A DNA stretch of 40,633 bases, from assembly GCA_016219075.1 (NCBI GenBank), contig JACRCJ010000054.1:1-40633 (forward strand), written 5' to 3'. Of this stretch, positions 24,561-33,557 are shown in pieces. Position 1 is the stretch's first letter, and every line of letters begins with the position of its first letter. The position numbers were made by a program, and so were the translations under genes. Source of the DNA: Deltaproteobacteria bacterium (GTDB lineage Bacteria > Desulfobacterota > GWC2-55-46). The notes under the pieces were generated by a model. It saw only the letters and a program-made list of their open reading frames with translations. It did not search any database and was not told the DNA's origin.

Positions 24561-27062
24561 TTATTGATTGGCCCTTGTTATGCTGACCCTCGGTACGCCT
24601 TCGCCCCTCTTGAAGAACCTGTTTACTTCGGCGTCCTCAAAAGACTCGGGGATGAAGGCGACCCCGTTTTTCGAGCCTCTGCCCGTTTTCAGGGTTGCAA
24701 CGACCGTGTGGTTCTTTCCCTTTACCCTGACCTTTTCACCGGTTATGAGGCCGAGCCTGCAGGCGTCGTCCTCGCTTATCTCGACGGTAGCGCTTTTTAT
24801 GAGTCCCAGGAGCGTATCAGACTTTCTTGAGAAGCTCCCGAGGTGGAAGAGATGGCTGCCGGTGACGAGAGCGAAAGACCCTCCAACGGAGTCGGCCTGG
24901 GCCGCCTTTGAGGCGAACTCCCCGGGAGCAAACACCGCGCCGGCGGCGCCTTTGACTATTGCCGCCTTGTTGTCGAGCCGGTTGTCGCTGTTTTTCTTGT
25001 TGTTGAAGACAAGGCTCACTTCCGAGTACATCGGGTTTACTTTTCTTATCTCATCGAGGACGAGGACCGGGTTCTTGGGCCCGAACGATGCGTCGAACGA
25101 CTCGCCTACCGCCCTTATGATGTCAAAGTCGCGTTTGGCCTTGCCCGGAAGAGCGATAAGCTTCCTTATGATCTGGGCCCTGCCCTCCTGGTTCGTGAAC
25201 ATCCCTTCCTTTTCGCTGAAGCTCGCGCCGGGAAGGATCACGTGCGCGAGCTTCGCCGTCTCGGTCATGAATATGTCCTGGACCACCAGGAACCGGACCT
25301 TTGAAAGAGCGGCCCTGGCGAACTCCTTGTCCGGGTAGTTCGAGACGATGTCTTCGCCGGCCACATAAAGGGCGTCTATCTCGCCTCTCATCGCGGCCTC
25401 AAGCATCGCTTCCAATCCAAGACCCTCTTGCGTCTTTGAGTAGCCGGGGCCGAACGAAGGGTGAACGCCCATCTCCCACGCGCCCCTCTGGTTGCACCTG
25501 TCAAGGGCCGGCATGACTGTGACTTTTTTGCCAGCGTTCTTTAAAACGCCCTTTAAAAGATCGAGGCCCGAGGTCCCGTCCGGGAACCTTAAGAACTCGG
25601 TGCCGGCTATTATCGCCACCGACTCTGAGGCCTGAAGCCTTTTCGCGATGTCCGCTATCCCGTCGGCGCTTACCCCGGCCGCTGATAAAAGGGCCGTCAT
25701 CTTTGAGTCTTTTATCGCCCTGAGCTTCTCGTCCTCCGAGAGCTTGGAGGCGTTTATCGACAGTGTTATCGCGTCAAGGACCGCCCTTTCGGAGGCCGGG
25801 GCGTGACGGAGCGTGACATTGGCGGAGCTGTCGAGCTTCATCGCCCTCGGGGAGGCTATTATGAGGTTCATCCTCCTGTTGCCGGAGACGCGCCTTACGA
25901 TGTACTCGGTTACCGGGTTCTCGTCCGAAATATGGCTGCCTATGATGAGGACCGTGTCGGACTCCATGCAGTCGAAGACCGACGCGCCGCCCTCGTTCAT
26001 CGAGGCGGCCCGGATGAACGCCGAGGCGGATTGCGAGTTCCACCTTGAGTTTGAGTCGATATTGGCGCTCTTGAATACCGTCCTTACAAGCTTCTGGAAG
26101 AGGTATAGTTCCTCGTTTGTCAGCGTCGGCGAGGCCACCCCGCCCACATGCCTGCCTTCCTTATCTGAAAAACCGTCCTTTATGGCCGAAAGCGCTTCAG
26201 CCCATGTAGCGTCCTGATGCCTTATAAGCGGCCTGGTGAGCCTCTCGGTGCTGTTGACGAAGTCAAAGCCGAACCTGCCTCTGGCGCAAAGCGTTTCACT
26301 GTTAAGGCCGACTCCGAGCTGGGCCCTGGCCCTTAACAACCGCCCGTCCCTCTCCTCGATGACCATCCTGCACCCGGTGGCGCAGTACGGGCATATCGTG
26401 TCGGCGCCCTTCAAGTCCCAGGGCCTGGACTTGTACCTGTAGGGGAGCCTCATGAAGCATCCAACAGGGCAGACCTCTATGCAGTTGCCGTCCTGGTCGC
26501 AGTCCAGGAAGGTCCTGTTGAAGCTTGTTGGCTCCTGGTGGTCTCCTCTGCCGAGCGCCCCGAGCACATTCCTTCCGACCACTTCCCTGCAGACCCTGAC
26601 GCACTTCATGCACTGGACGCAGCGGTTGGAGTTCTTTATGATGACAGGGCTCAGGATATAGTCCTTTTCGTGGAACTTGAACTTCGGCTCGGCGTGCCTG
26701 CCCTTGTGGGGGCCGTACTTATGGACCATGTCCTGCAGCTCGCACTCGCCGCCCTTGTCGCACACCGGGCAGTCCAGCGCGTGGTTTGCCAGCAGGAACT
26801 CAAGGACCCCGGCCCTGGCGGAAGCGACCGTGGAGCTGTCGGTATTGATGGACATACCGTTGAGCACGGGGGTTATGCAGGAAGGCTGGAGCTTTCTCTG
26901 GCCTTCGATCTCCACCAGACACATCCTGCACGAGCCTATGCCCATCAGGTCGGCCTGGTAGCAGAAGGTCGGTATCTCGTAGCCGGCCTTGCGCGCCGCG
27001 TCCAGTATGAGGGTGTTGTCCTCTACCGTGATCTCTTTTCCGTTTATCTTTATTGTTACCAT
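24561..27062 (-). CDS. nuoG: NADH-quinone oxidoreductase subunit G
   Basis: 833 aa. N-terminal 2Fe-2S fold (…CYQADLMGIGSCRMCLVE…), then HALDCPVCDKGGECELQ, then a molybdopterin-oxidoreductase-like C-terminal region. Confidence 0.93.
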   Translation of the reverse strand: MVTIKINGKEITVEDNTLILDAARKAGYEIPTFCYQADLMGIGSCRMCLVEIEGQRKLQPSCITPVLNGMSINTDSSTVASARAGVLEFLLANHALDCPVCDKGGECELQDMVHKYGPHKGRHAEPKFKFHEKDYILSPVIIKNSNRCVQCMKCVRVCREVVGRNVLGALGRGDHQEPTSFNRTFLDCDQDGNCIEVCPVGCFMRLPYRYKSRPWDLKGADTICPYCATGCRMVIEERDGRLLRARAQLGVGLNSETLCARGRFGFDFVNSTERLTRPLIRHQDATWAEALSAIKDGFSDKEGRHVGGVASPTLTNEELYLFQKLVRTVFKSANIDSNSRWNSQSASAFIRAASMNEGGASVFDCMESDTVLIIGSHISDENPVTEYIVRRVSGNRRMNLIIASPRAMKLDSSANVTLRHAPASERAVLDAITLSINASKLSEDEKLRAIKDSKMTALLSAAGVSADGIADIAKRLQASESVAIIAGTEFLRFPDGTSGLDLLKGVLKNAGKKVTVMPALDRCNQRGAWEMGVHPSFGPGYSKTQEGLGLEAMLEAAMRGEIDALYVAGEDIVSNYPDKEFARAALSKVRFLVVQDIFMTETAKLAHVILPGASFSEKEGMFTNQEGRAQIIRKLIALPGKAKRDFDIIRAVGESFDASFGPKNPVLVLDEIRKVNPMYSEVSLVFNNKKNSDNRLDNKAAIVKGAAGAVFAPGEFASKAAQADSVGGSFALVTGSHLFHLGSFSRKSDTLLGLIKSATVEISEDDACRLGLITGEKVRVKGKNHTVVATLKTGRGSKNGVAFIPESFEDAEVNRFFKRGEGVPRVSITRANQ

Positions 27063-27089
27063 GTCGTCAATTCACTTATCCGGATAGTC

Positions 27090-28352
27090 TTATGATGCCA
27101 TGCATTTTTTGTGGTCTATGTGGTACTGGAACTCTTCCCTGAAGTTCTTGAGCGCTCCCCTCAAGGCCATCACCGCCCCGTCGCCCAGAGGGCAGAAGGT
27201 GCGGCCGAAGATGTTGGCGCACAGGCTCTCCATGAGCTCTATGTCGCCGGGCCGGCCTTCTCCGTGCTCGAGCCTTTTAAGCACCCTGGTGAGCCACGGC
27301 GTGCCATCGCGGCACGGGGTGCACTTGCCGCAGGACTCGTGGCTGAAAAACCTGTTCGTTATGAAAGCCGCCTTGACCATGCAGGTCGACTCGTCCATCA
27401 CTATGACCGCTCCCGAGCCGAGCATGCTGCCCTTGGCCGCAAGGGAGTCGAAATCAAGCGGCGTGTCAAGGTCGTTGGCCGTAAGCATCGGGGCGCTCAC
27501 GCCCCCGGGGACGACGGCCTTAAGCGGACGGTCATCCCTGAGCATCCCGCCGCAGTGGTTGAATATGAGGTCTCTTAAAGTGGTGCCCATCGGAAGCTCG
27601 TAGAGCCCCGGTTTCTTGACATGTCCGCTCACGCCGAAGATCTTCGGCCCGGGGCTTTTCTCCGGGCCTATGGAAGAGAACCACTTGGGCCCCTTCTCGA
27701 TTATCGCCGGTATGCACGCGAGTGTTTCCACGTTATTGATTACCGTGGGCTTGCCGTACAGACCAGCCAGCGCCGGGAACGGAGGCTTCTTCCTGGGCTG
27801 CGCCCTGTAGCCTTCGATGGATTCAAGCAGCGCCGTCTCCTCGCCGCATATGTACGCCCCGAAACCCCTGTGGATGTACATGTCGAGGTTAAAGCCGGTG
27901 CCGAGTATGTTTTTGCCGAGATAGCCTTTGGCGTAGGCCTCTTTTATAGCCTCTTCAAGCCTGTTGGCGCCGAAGACGAACTCTCCCCTTATGTATATGT
28001 AGGACTTGGCCGCCCCTATGGCGTAGCATGTTATCATCATCCCTTCTAAAAGGAGGTGCGGGTCGTTGTCTATTATCGCCCTGTCCTTGTAGGTGCCCGG
28101 CTCACCCTCGTCGGCGTTGCAGCAGAGGTACTTCGGGATCGTCGGGTCCTTGGGTATGAAACTCCACTTAAGGCCTGTTGAAAAACCCGCCCCGCCTCTT
28201 CCCCTTAACCCCGAGTCCTTGACCATCTGGATGATGTTGTCGGGCTTGAGCTTGAGGGCCTCTGCGAAAGCCTTGTACCCACCGTCTTTGATATAGTTCT
28301 CGATCCTGTGGGATTCGGGCTTGTCTATGTTTTTTAAGAGGATCTTTTCCAT
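27090..28352 (-). CDS. nuoF: NADH-quinone oxidoreductase subunit F
   Basis: GRGGAGFSTGLKW (NADH/FMN site) and ESCGKCTPCRDG (4Fe-4S). Confidence 0.95.
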   Translation of the reverse strand: MEKILLKNIDKPESHRIENYIKDGGYKAFAEALKLKPDNIIQMVKDSGLRGRGGAGFSTGLKWSFIPKDPTIPKYLCCNADEGEPGTYKDRAIIDNDPHLLLEGMMITCYAIGAAKSYIYIRGEFVFGANRLEEAIKEAYAKGYLGKNILGTGFNLDMYIHRGFGAYICGEETALLESIEGYRAQPRKKPPFPALAGLYGKPTVINNVETLACIPAIIEKGPKWFSSIGPEKSPGPKIFGVSGHVKKPGLYELPMGTTLRDLIFNHCGGMLRDDRPLKAVVPGGVSAPMLTANDLDTPLDFDSLAAKGSMLGSGAVIVMDESTCMVKAAFITNRFFSHESCGKCTPCRDGTPWLTRVLKRLEHGEGRPGDIELMESLCANIFGRTFCPLGDGAVMALRGALKNFREEFQYHIDHKKCMAS

Positions 28353-28432
28353 TTTCCGATTATAGTCCGCTAACGCCTTCGATTTTATGCCGCACCCTCA
28401 GAGAGCCCCGGTCTGCCGGCCGTTCGCTTTCG

Positions 28433-28903
28433 CTATACGAGCTTCTTGATTATCTCGTCAACCTTCTGTTCCGTCAGGTTCTCGAAGTAATCGTCGTTTA
28501 CCTGCATCATCGGGGCCGTCCCGCATGAGCCGAGACACTCCACGGTTGAGAGGGTGAACCTGTTGTCCGGGGTCGTCTCGCCGGTCTTTATGTTCAGGGA
28601 CCTCTCCATGTACTTTATGATGTGCTCGGCCCCCAGAAGCGAGCACGAGATGTTACGGCATACCTGTATGTGGTGTCTGCCCACGGGCTTCTGGATGTTG
28701 TACATCGTGTAGAAGGCCGCGGCCTCGTTTACCTCTACGGGGTTCATCTCAAGGATCACGGCGACATCTTCCATGTCAGAGCGCTCAAGATGGCCTCCGC
28801 GGTCCGCCTGGGCGATCCTCAAGGCGTCCATCACCGCGGACCTCTTGTTCGGGTACTTTTTTAACGCCGCCTCTATCTCTTTTTTCGCTTTATCCGAGAG
28901 CAT
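28433..28903 (-). CDS. nuoE: NADH-quinone oxidoreductase subunit E
   Basis: 156 aa with 2Fe-2S ligands in …VCRNISCSLLGAE… and …CLGSCGTAP…. Confidence 0.93.
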   Translation of the reverse strand: MLSDKAKKEIEAALKKYPNKRSAVMDALRIAQADRGGHLERSDMEDVAVILEMNPVEVNEAAAFYTMYNIQKPVGRHHIQVCRNISCSLLGAEHIIKYMERSLNIKTGETTPDNRFTLSTVECLGSCGTAPMMQVNDDYFENLTEQKVDEIIKKLV

Positions 28904-28942
28904 ATCTTCACAGATACCTTTTTGTATTTATACTTTAAAGAC

Positions 28943-30133
28943 TTACTTGTCGCACTCTCCGAAGACCGGGTCAAGACTCGATATTATCGCTATGACGTCG
29001 GCAAGGTACCTGCCCTTTGACATGGTCTTAACGGTCTGGAGGTTCATGAAGGTCGGGACCCTGAGTTTAAGCCTGTACGGTTTTTCCGTGCCGTCGCTGA
29101 CTATGTATACGCCGAGTTCGCCCTTGGGGGCCTCGATCGACGAGTATATCTCGCCCCTGGGGACCTTGAAGCCCTGTGAGACGTACTTGAAATGGTGTAT
29201 CAGGGCTTCCATGTTCTTATAGACATCCGGCTTGGGCGGCGGGATTATCTGGGGGATGTCGACATTGAACGGGCCGTCCGGCAGGTCTTTCAGGGCCTGC
29301 TTGATGATGCGCATCGACTGCTTTATCTCCTCGAACCTCATGTTGTAGCGGTCGAAGCAGTCGCCGTTCTCACCCGTCGGCACGTCGAAATCGAACCTGT
29401 CATATACAAGATACGGCTCGTCTTTCCTTATGTCCCACTTGACGCCGCTGGCCCTTAAGGCCGGGCCGCTCAACCCGAGGCTTATCGCCTCTTCGGCGGA
29501 TATCACGCCCACGCCCCTGTTCCTCTGTATCCAGATCCTGTTGCCTATGAGGAGCCTTTCGTACTCTTCAAACCTTGGGGGGAAGATCTCGAGCATCCGT
29601 TCGCAGGCCTCTTTGCACTGGGGGGTAAAGTCGTAGCGCACCCCGCCAACCCTCAGGTACGAGAGCGTCATCCTGGCTCCGCAGATCATCTCGAAGATGT
29701 CGAGCACGACTTCCCTTTCCCTCATCGCGTAAAGGAGTATCGACATGGCGCCGAGGTCAAGGGCCCAGGCCCCGAGGGCCAGCAGATGCCCGGCCATCCT
29801 CGAAAGCTCCGCGGCTATTACCCTTATGTACTTGGCCCTCTCGGTTATCTCTATGTCCAGAAGCTTCTCGACGGCCTGAACATACGCCAGGTTGTTGCTC
29901 ATGGCGCTCATGTAGTCGAGCCTGTCGGTATAGGGCACGAACTGGTGATAGAGCAGGTTCTCGGCTATCTTCTCGGTGCCCCTGTGAAGATACCCGATAT
30001 CCGGCTCGATATCGACGATGGTCTCGCCCTGCATATTGAGGATGATGTGCAGGACCCCGTGTGTGGAGGGGTGCTGCGGCCCCATATGCATCGTTACCAG
30101 TTTGGTTTCTATTATCTCTTCTTTATCAGGCAT
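28943..30133 (-). CDS. nuoD: NADH-quinone oxidoreductase subunit D
   Basis: 396 aa containing …MHMGPQHPSTHGVLH… with a conserved C-terminus. Confidence 0.95.
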   Translation of the reverse strand: MPDKEEIIETKLVTMHMGPQHPSTHGVLHIILNMQGETIVDIEPDIGYLHRGTEKIAENLLYHQFVPYTDRLDYMSAMSNNLAYVQAVEKLLDIEITERAKYIRVIAAELSRMAGHLLALGAWALDLGAMSILLYAMREREVVLDIFEMICGARMTLSYLRVGGVRYDFTPQCKEACERMLEIFPPRFEEYERLLIGNRIWIQRNRGVGVISAEEAISLGLSGPALRASGVKWDIRKDEPYLVYDRFDFDVPTGENGDCFDRYNMRFEEIKQSMRIIKQALKDLPDGPFNVDIPQIIPPPKPDVYKNMEALIHHFKYVSQGFKVPRGEIYSSIEAPKGELGVYIVSDGTEKPYRLKLRVPTFMNLQTVKTMSKGRYLADVIAIISSLDPVFGECDK

Positions 30134-30158
30134 CTTCTTTTTCGAAAGTTTTATTTTT

Positions 30159-30202
30159 AAAGTTCTGAAAACCCCGGGGTTTCAAGCCCGGGGAGGGTTC
30201 AT
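30159..30202 (-). repeat. Dispersed palindromic repeat, copy in the nuoC-nuoD gap
   Basis: In gene orientation: ATGAACCCTCCCCGGGCTTGAAACCCCGGGGTTTTCAGAACTT. It lies 25 nt before the nuoD start and fills an 86-nt gap in the operon. Confidence 0.85.
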
Positions 30203-30219
30203 TTTCCGTCCGGCGCCTC

Positions 30220-30750
30220 TTAGTCAGTGATGCTCTCGGGCTCTTTTTCCTCTCCGTTGGGGTTGTACCTGTCCTTGTAGCCCCTCAGCGGGTAGTCCTT
30301 CCTGAGCGGATACCCCTCCCAGTCTTCGGCCATGTATATCCTTTTCATGTTCGGGTGCCCGTCGAAGGCTATCCCGAACATGTCGTAGACTTCCCTCTCC
30401 GGCCAGTCGGCCCCGGGCCATATGGAAGTGACCGAAGGGACGGTCTCGCCTTCGTTCACCCTCACCTTGACCCTGATCCTGTGCTTTTTGCGTATGGAGT
30501 AGAGGTGGTAGACGACCTCGAACCTGGGGTTCTCGCCGTAGTAATCGGCGCCTGCGACATCCACTATGAAGTTCATGCTGAGATCGGGGTCGATCTTGAG
30601 AAAATTGCAGAGGTTTCTGACGGTCGTCCTGTCCACCAGATGAGTCACCTCGCCCCTGAAGACGACGGTTTCGATTATCTGGCCGATGAAGGCCTCTCTG
30701 ACCTTCCTTACAAGGACCGAATCTTCTATGTTCATGACGGCTGCGCTCAT
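30220..30750 (-). CDS. nuoC: NADH-quinone oxidoreductase subunit C
   Basis: 176 aa, 30-kDa-subunit family. Its start overlaps the nuoB stop. Confidence 0.9.
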   Translation of the reverse strand: MSAAVMNIEDSVLVRKVREAFIGQIIETVVFRGEVTHLVDRTTVRNLCNFLKIDPDLSMNFIVDVAGADYYGENPRFEVVYHLYSIRKKHRIRVKVRVNEGETVPSVTSIWPGADWPEREVYDMFGIAFDGHPNMKRIYMAEDWEGYPLRKDYPLRGYKDRYNPNGEEKEPESITD

Positions 30751-31316
30751 TTGCTTATCCTGATATTTCTCTCTTCAAGTATGAACGGGTTCTCTTTCTT
30801 TATCTTCTCCATAAGCTGGAGGAACCCGAAAAGAAGCGCGTCAGGCCTCGGGGGGCATCCCGGGATATAGACATCGACCGGGATGACAAGGTCGGTGCCC
30901 TGTACGACCGAGTATGTGTTGTAAGGGCCTCCCGCGGAAGCGCACCCGCCCTGGGCTATGACCCACCTGGGCTCGGCCATCTGGTCGTAGAGCCTTTTGA
31001 CGGCCGGGGCGATCTTTTTCGTCATGGTGCCTGCCACGACCATGACATCGGACTGGCGCGGAGACGGCCTGAACACTATGCCGAACCTGTCCGTGTCGTA
31101 ACGGGAGCAGCCCGCGGCTATCATCTCGATGGCGCAGCACGCAAGCCCGAAGGTCATCGGCCACAGGGCCGAGGTGCGGCCCCAGTTGACGACATTACCG
31201 ACGACGGGGTTATGCTTTACCGTCCTGACGATGGGGTTGTTCCTTAACGCGTCAGCCACGCCCTCAAGCGTGGTGAAAAGGACGGACTCTTCTAAAGGGC
31301 TCTTGTTTTCGTACAT
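30747..31316 (-). CDS. nuoB: NADH-quinone oxidoreductase subunit B
   Basis: GLACCAIEM … GCPPRP motifs (N2 cluster ligands). Confidence 0.95.
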   Translation of the reverse strand: MYENKSPLEESVLFTTLEGVADALRNNPIVRTVKHNPVVGNVVNWGRTSALWPMTFGLACCAIEMIAAGCSRYDTDRFGIVFRPSPRQSDVMVVAGTMTKKIAPAVKRLYDQMAEPRWVIAQGGCASAGGPYNTYSVVQGTDLVIPVDVYIPGCPPRPDALLFGFLQLMEKIKKENPFILEERNIRISK

Positions 31317-31365
31317 ATCTACCTTTACTTTACCTGCGCCGCTTTTTCAATAAGACTCAAGTGCC

Positions 31366-31731
31366 TCAGACCCACTCCAGAGCGCCCTTTACCCAGGCGT
31401 ATATGAGGCCGATGGCAAGGACCGCTATAAATACGACCATCTCCACGAAGATGAACATGGAGAGGCTTTTTTCCATAAGGAGCACGGCCCATGGAAAGAG
31501 AAAGAGCGTTTCAACATCGAATATGACGAATAGTATGGCGATTACGAAGAAGTGTATTCTGACATGGCCTTCGTTGGCGTCCCCGATAGGGTCCATGCCG
31601 CACTCCCAGGGGGAGTTCTTGGAGGCATAGGGGTTCCTCGGCTGGAATATGAAACTCATAAACAGAGCGCCTACGGCCATCGCTGAGGCGACACCTATCA
31701 TGATGAGAATCGGCAGATAAGTAAGAAGCAT
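31366..31731 (-). CDS. nuoA: NADH-quinone oxidoreductase subunit A
   Basis: 121 aa, three TM helices, containing …SPWECGMDP…. Confidence 0.92.
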   Translation of the reverse strand: MLLTYLPILIMIGVASAMAVGALFMSFIFQPRNPYASKNSPWECGMDPIGDANEGHVRIHFFVIAILFVIFDVETLFLFPWAVLLMEKSLSMFIFVEMVVFIAVLAIGLIYAWVKGALEWV

Positions 31732-31823
31732 CTTTAATCAGACCCCTTCCTGATTCTTACAATACGGCTCGGTTCCTGTAAAAAAGTGCCAATTGTTACG
31801 ATATGCTTTTGTGGATAGTCGCA

Positions 31824-31852
31824 AGATTAAAACAACTGAAAGATTTTGTCAA
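31824..31852 (-). promoter_or_regulatory. Candidate nuo operon promoter TTGACA-N17-TAATCT
   Basis: On the minus strand the -35 is 31852-31847 and the -10 is 31829-31824, about 90 nt upstream of nuoA. Confidence 0.5.
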
Positions 31853-31875
31853 GGACAAAATGTATACTGTATACA
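31844..31875. promoter_or_regulatory. Two abutting palindromes at/upstream of the nuo -35: TTTTGTC-AAG-GACAAAA and TGTATAC-T-GTATACA
   Basis: Read directly. The first (31844-31860) overlaps the -35 and the second (31861-31875) lies just upstream. Confidence 0.45.
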
Positions 31876-31962
31876 GAAACTTTTTACCATGACCGGCTTA
31901 CAAGTCCTCATACGGGATAAGCCCTTGTAATAGCGGAACATTTCCCGCACCCATCGCTGGCG

Positions 31963-32754
31963 CTAAAGGACAAAAAGGTCTTTCCTTCGGTCCTTGAATA
32001 TATTGTTCATCGGGGTTATATCCTTGTCGCGCGCCTCTTCGGGTTTTATATCCATCGAGGCGGCCTCAACTCCGTCCCCGGCCGCCCTGTAAAGCACGCT
32101 CCCGTTGGGGGCTACTATCTGGCTCGTGCCTATGAAATGAAGCCTCGTGCCTCTGACCCTCTCCTCGGTGCCGACCCTGTTGGCGGTTATGGAGAAGACC
32201 CTGTTCTCCAGAGACCTTGTTATCATCGCCTGCGGGCAGTACGGAAGGACCAGGTTTGAAGGCTGGCATATGATCTCGGCGCCCCTGAGGGCGAGCGTCC
32301 TTGCGACCTCCGGGAATATCCAGTCGAAGCAGATCATCATGCCGATCTTCGCGCCGCCGGCCCTGTACACCTTGAGGTCTGTATCCCCCCTGCTGAATAT
32401 CTTCTTTTCGTTCCAGAAGAGGTGCGCCTTCCTGTATACCCCGACAACGCCCCGGGGCCCGATGAGCATCGATGAGTTGTAGGTCTTTTTCCCGGCCTTT
32501 TCGGCGAACCCGGCTACGATGTGTATCTTCTTTTTCTTCGCCGCCTCAGACAGACGCCCGGCGGCGTACCCCCCGTCAACTGGCTCGGATAATTTGAGCG
32601 CCTCTTCTTTCGTCCTGAACTGGTACCCGGTCGAAAAAAGCTCCGGCAGTACGACAAGGTCCGCGTCCAGCGAGTCTATCTCCTTTAGAGCAGACTCGAC
32701 ATTCTCCTTTATCCTGCCGAACTCAGGGTGGGTCTGAATGAAACCTGCCTTCAT
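31963..32754 (-). CDS. Carbon-nitrogen hydrolase (nitrilase-superfamily) protein
   Basis: 263 aa with Glu-Lys-Cys triad contexts VLPELF, YRKAHLF and MMICFD. SD AAGGAG. Confidence 0.85.
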   Translation of the reverse strand: MKAGFIQTHPEFGRIKENVESALKEIDSLDADLVVLPELFSTGYQFRTKEEALKLSEPVDGGYAAGRLSEAAKKKKIHIVAGFAEKAGKKTYNSSMLIGPRGVVGVYRKAHLFWNEKKIFSRGDTDLKVYRAGGAKIGMMICFDWIFPEVARTLALRGAEIICQPSNLVLPYCPQAMITRSLENRVFSITANRVGTEERVRGTRLHFIGTSQIVAPNGSVLYRAAGDGVEAASMDIKPEEARDKDITPMNNIFKDRRKDLFVL

Positions 32755-33009
32755 GGTCCAAGCTCCTTAAAAAAAGTGGATGAGGACAACTAACAGGGTG
32801 TTGAAAAAGTCCGTCCATGGCTTTTTCAACTACGATTTGGCCTTCGTAGCTCCGTCCAAATCTAACAAATCGCTTTTTATAATGTTGGTGTGCCTCTTGC
32901 TTCGATTACGGCTTTACTTGCCGTATGGTCACGGGTGCTTTCTATTCACGCTAAAAAAGTCTCGCAATTGCACTCCCTTTTGGTCGTGGCTGGTAAGGAA
33001 GATTTCATT

Positions 33010-33176
33010 TGTATAGCTCGCCTTATCACTGCGTGAGCCGGCGAGCACCCAGTGGCAATACAACCATGGATTGCCGGGGGACCCGCCCGTAGGGTGGGTC
33101 GGGCTGTTTTTCAACAGCCTGCTAAAAAACACCGGGGCCGTCTCCGTCCGCCGATGAGCGCGTGAGCGCGCGGAGG
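33010..33176 (-). ncRNA. Candidate structured non-coding RNA / 5' leader: a short terminated hairpin RNA followed by four more hairpins
   Basis: Downstream of promoter 33181-33210. In RNA order: GCGCG-CUCA-CGCGC (33158-33171); CAUCGG…CCGGUG plus U6 (33124-33156); GGCUGUU/AACAGCC (33102-33119); GACCCACCC/GGGCGGGUC (33080-33100); GGCAAU/AUUGCC (33054-33075); GCUCGCC/GGCGAGC (33016-33046). No family recognised. Confidence 0.3.
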
Positions 33177-33180
33177 TATG

Positions 33181-33210
33181 ATTTTACATTCCATCAGCAC
33201 ATGATGTCAA
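33181..33210 (-). promoter_or_regulatory. Sigma70-type promoter TTGACA-N18-TAAAAT reading leftward
   Basis: The reverse complement of 33181-33210 is TTGACATCATGTGCTGATGGAATGTAAAAT. Confidence 0.55.
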
Positions 33211-33229
33211 GGGAGCGCGGCGGTCCGGC

Positions 33230-33280
33230 AAAAAAAGGAAGAGGGGAGAACGGCCTTGCGTTCTCCCCTCTTCCTTTTTT
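33230..33280. terminator. Strong bidirectional intrinsic terminator
   Basis: Perfect 15-bp stem GGAAGAGGGGAGAAC / GTTCTCCCCTCTTCC with an 8-nt loop, flanked by A7 and T6. Confidence 0.85.
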
Positions 33281-33289
33281 ATGTAAGCT

Positions 33290-33382
33290 CTATCTGCAGC
33301 AGCCTGACTTCTTTATCGTCTTCTTCGCCGTTGTTTTCTTTGCGGTCGTCTTCCTCTTTGCCGGTTTTTTTGCCGTGGCCAT
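33290..33382 (-). CDS. Unlisted 30-aa Lys-rich small protein MATAKKPAKRKTTAKKTTAKKTIKKSGCCR
   Basis: Hand translation. It has a consensus SD (AAAGGAGGTAAGG-ATG), its own promoter (33443-33471), and the strong terminator begins 9 nt after the TAG. Confidence 0.6.
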   Translation of the reverse strand: MATAKKPAKRKTTAKKTTAKKTIKKSGCCR

Positions 33383-33442
33383 CCTTACCTCCTTTTTAGG
33401 TTTAGATTCTTAAGCGTAAAAACCCGCGGATGAGACAATTTT

Positions 33443-33471
33443 TATTTATCACTATTACACCGGTCTGTCAA
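33443..33471 (-). promoter_or_regulatory. Sigma70-type promoter TTGACA-N17-TAAATA for the small Lys-rich ORF
   Basis: On the minus strand the -35 is 33471-33466 and the -10 is 33448-33443. Confidence 0.55.
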
Positions 33472-33557
33472 CCCCCGTTCTTCTTTTTTTTCATCATATT
33501 ACGCCGCCAGGGGCGGTCCCTCCGGCAGGCCGGAAACCCCTCCCCGGTCAACTCGGC

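Noticed and set aside
30159-30202. Reading the repeat as a promoter: sigma32-like CTTGAAA, or a sigma70 -35 plus an A-rich -10.
   Set aside because: No CCCCAT-type -10 lies 13-15 nt downstream. The distance from the TTGAAA/TTAAAA hexamer to the best -10-like hexamers is 18-21 nt and inconsistent between copies, and the -35-like hexamer is not conserved (CTAAAA, TTCAAG).
32799-32830. The RNase P-like string AAAGTCCG in gttgaaaaagtccgtccatgg.
   Set aside because: None of the other universally conserved RNase P elements (for example ACAGAA…CGGCTTA) are nearby. The string is simply the loop of a local hairpin.
33162-33413. 83-aa plus-strand ORF with a hydrophobic Phe-rich tail (type-I-toxin-like).
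   Set aside because: It reads straight through the perfect 15-bp terminator hairpin. It is the antisense image of the Lys-rich ORF (AAA/AAG becoming TTT/CTT), has a GTG start and has no properly spaced SD.
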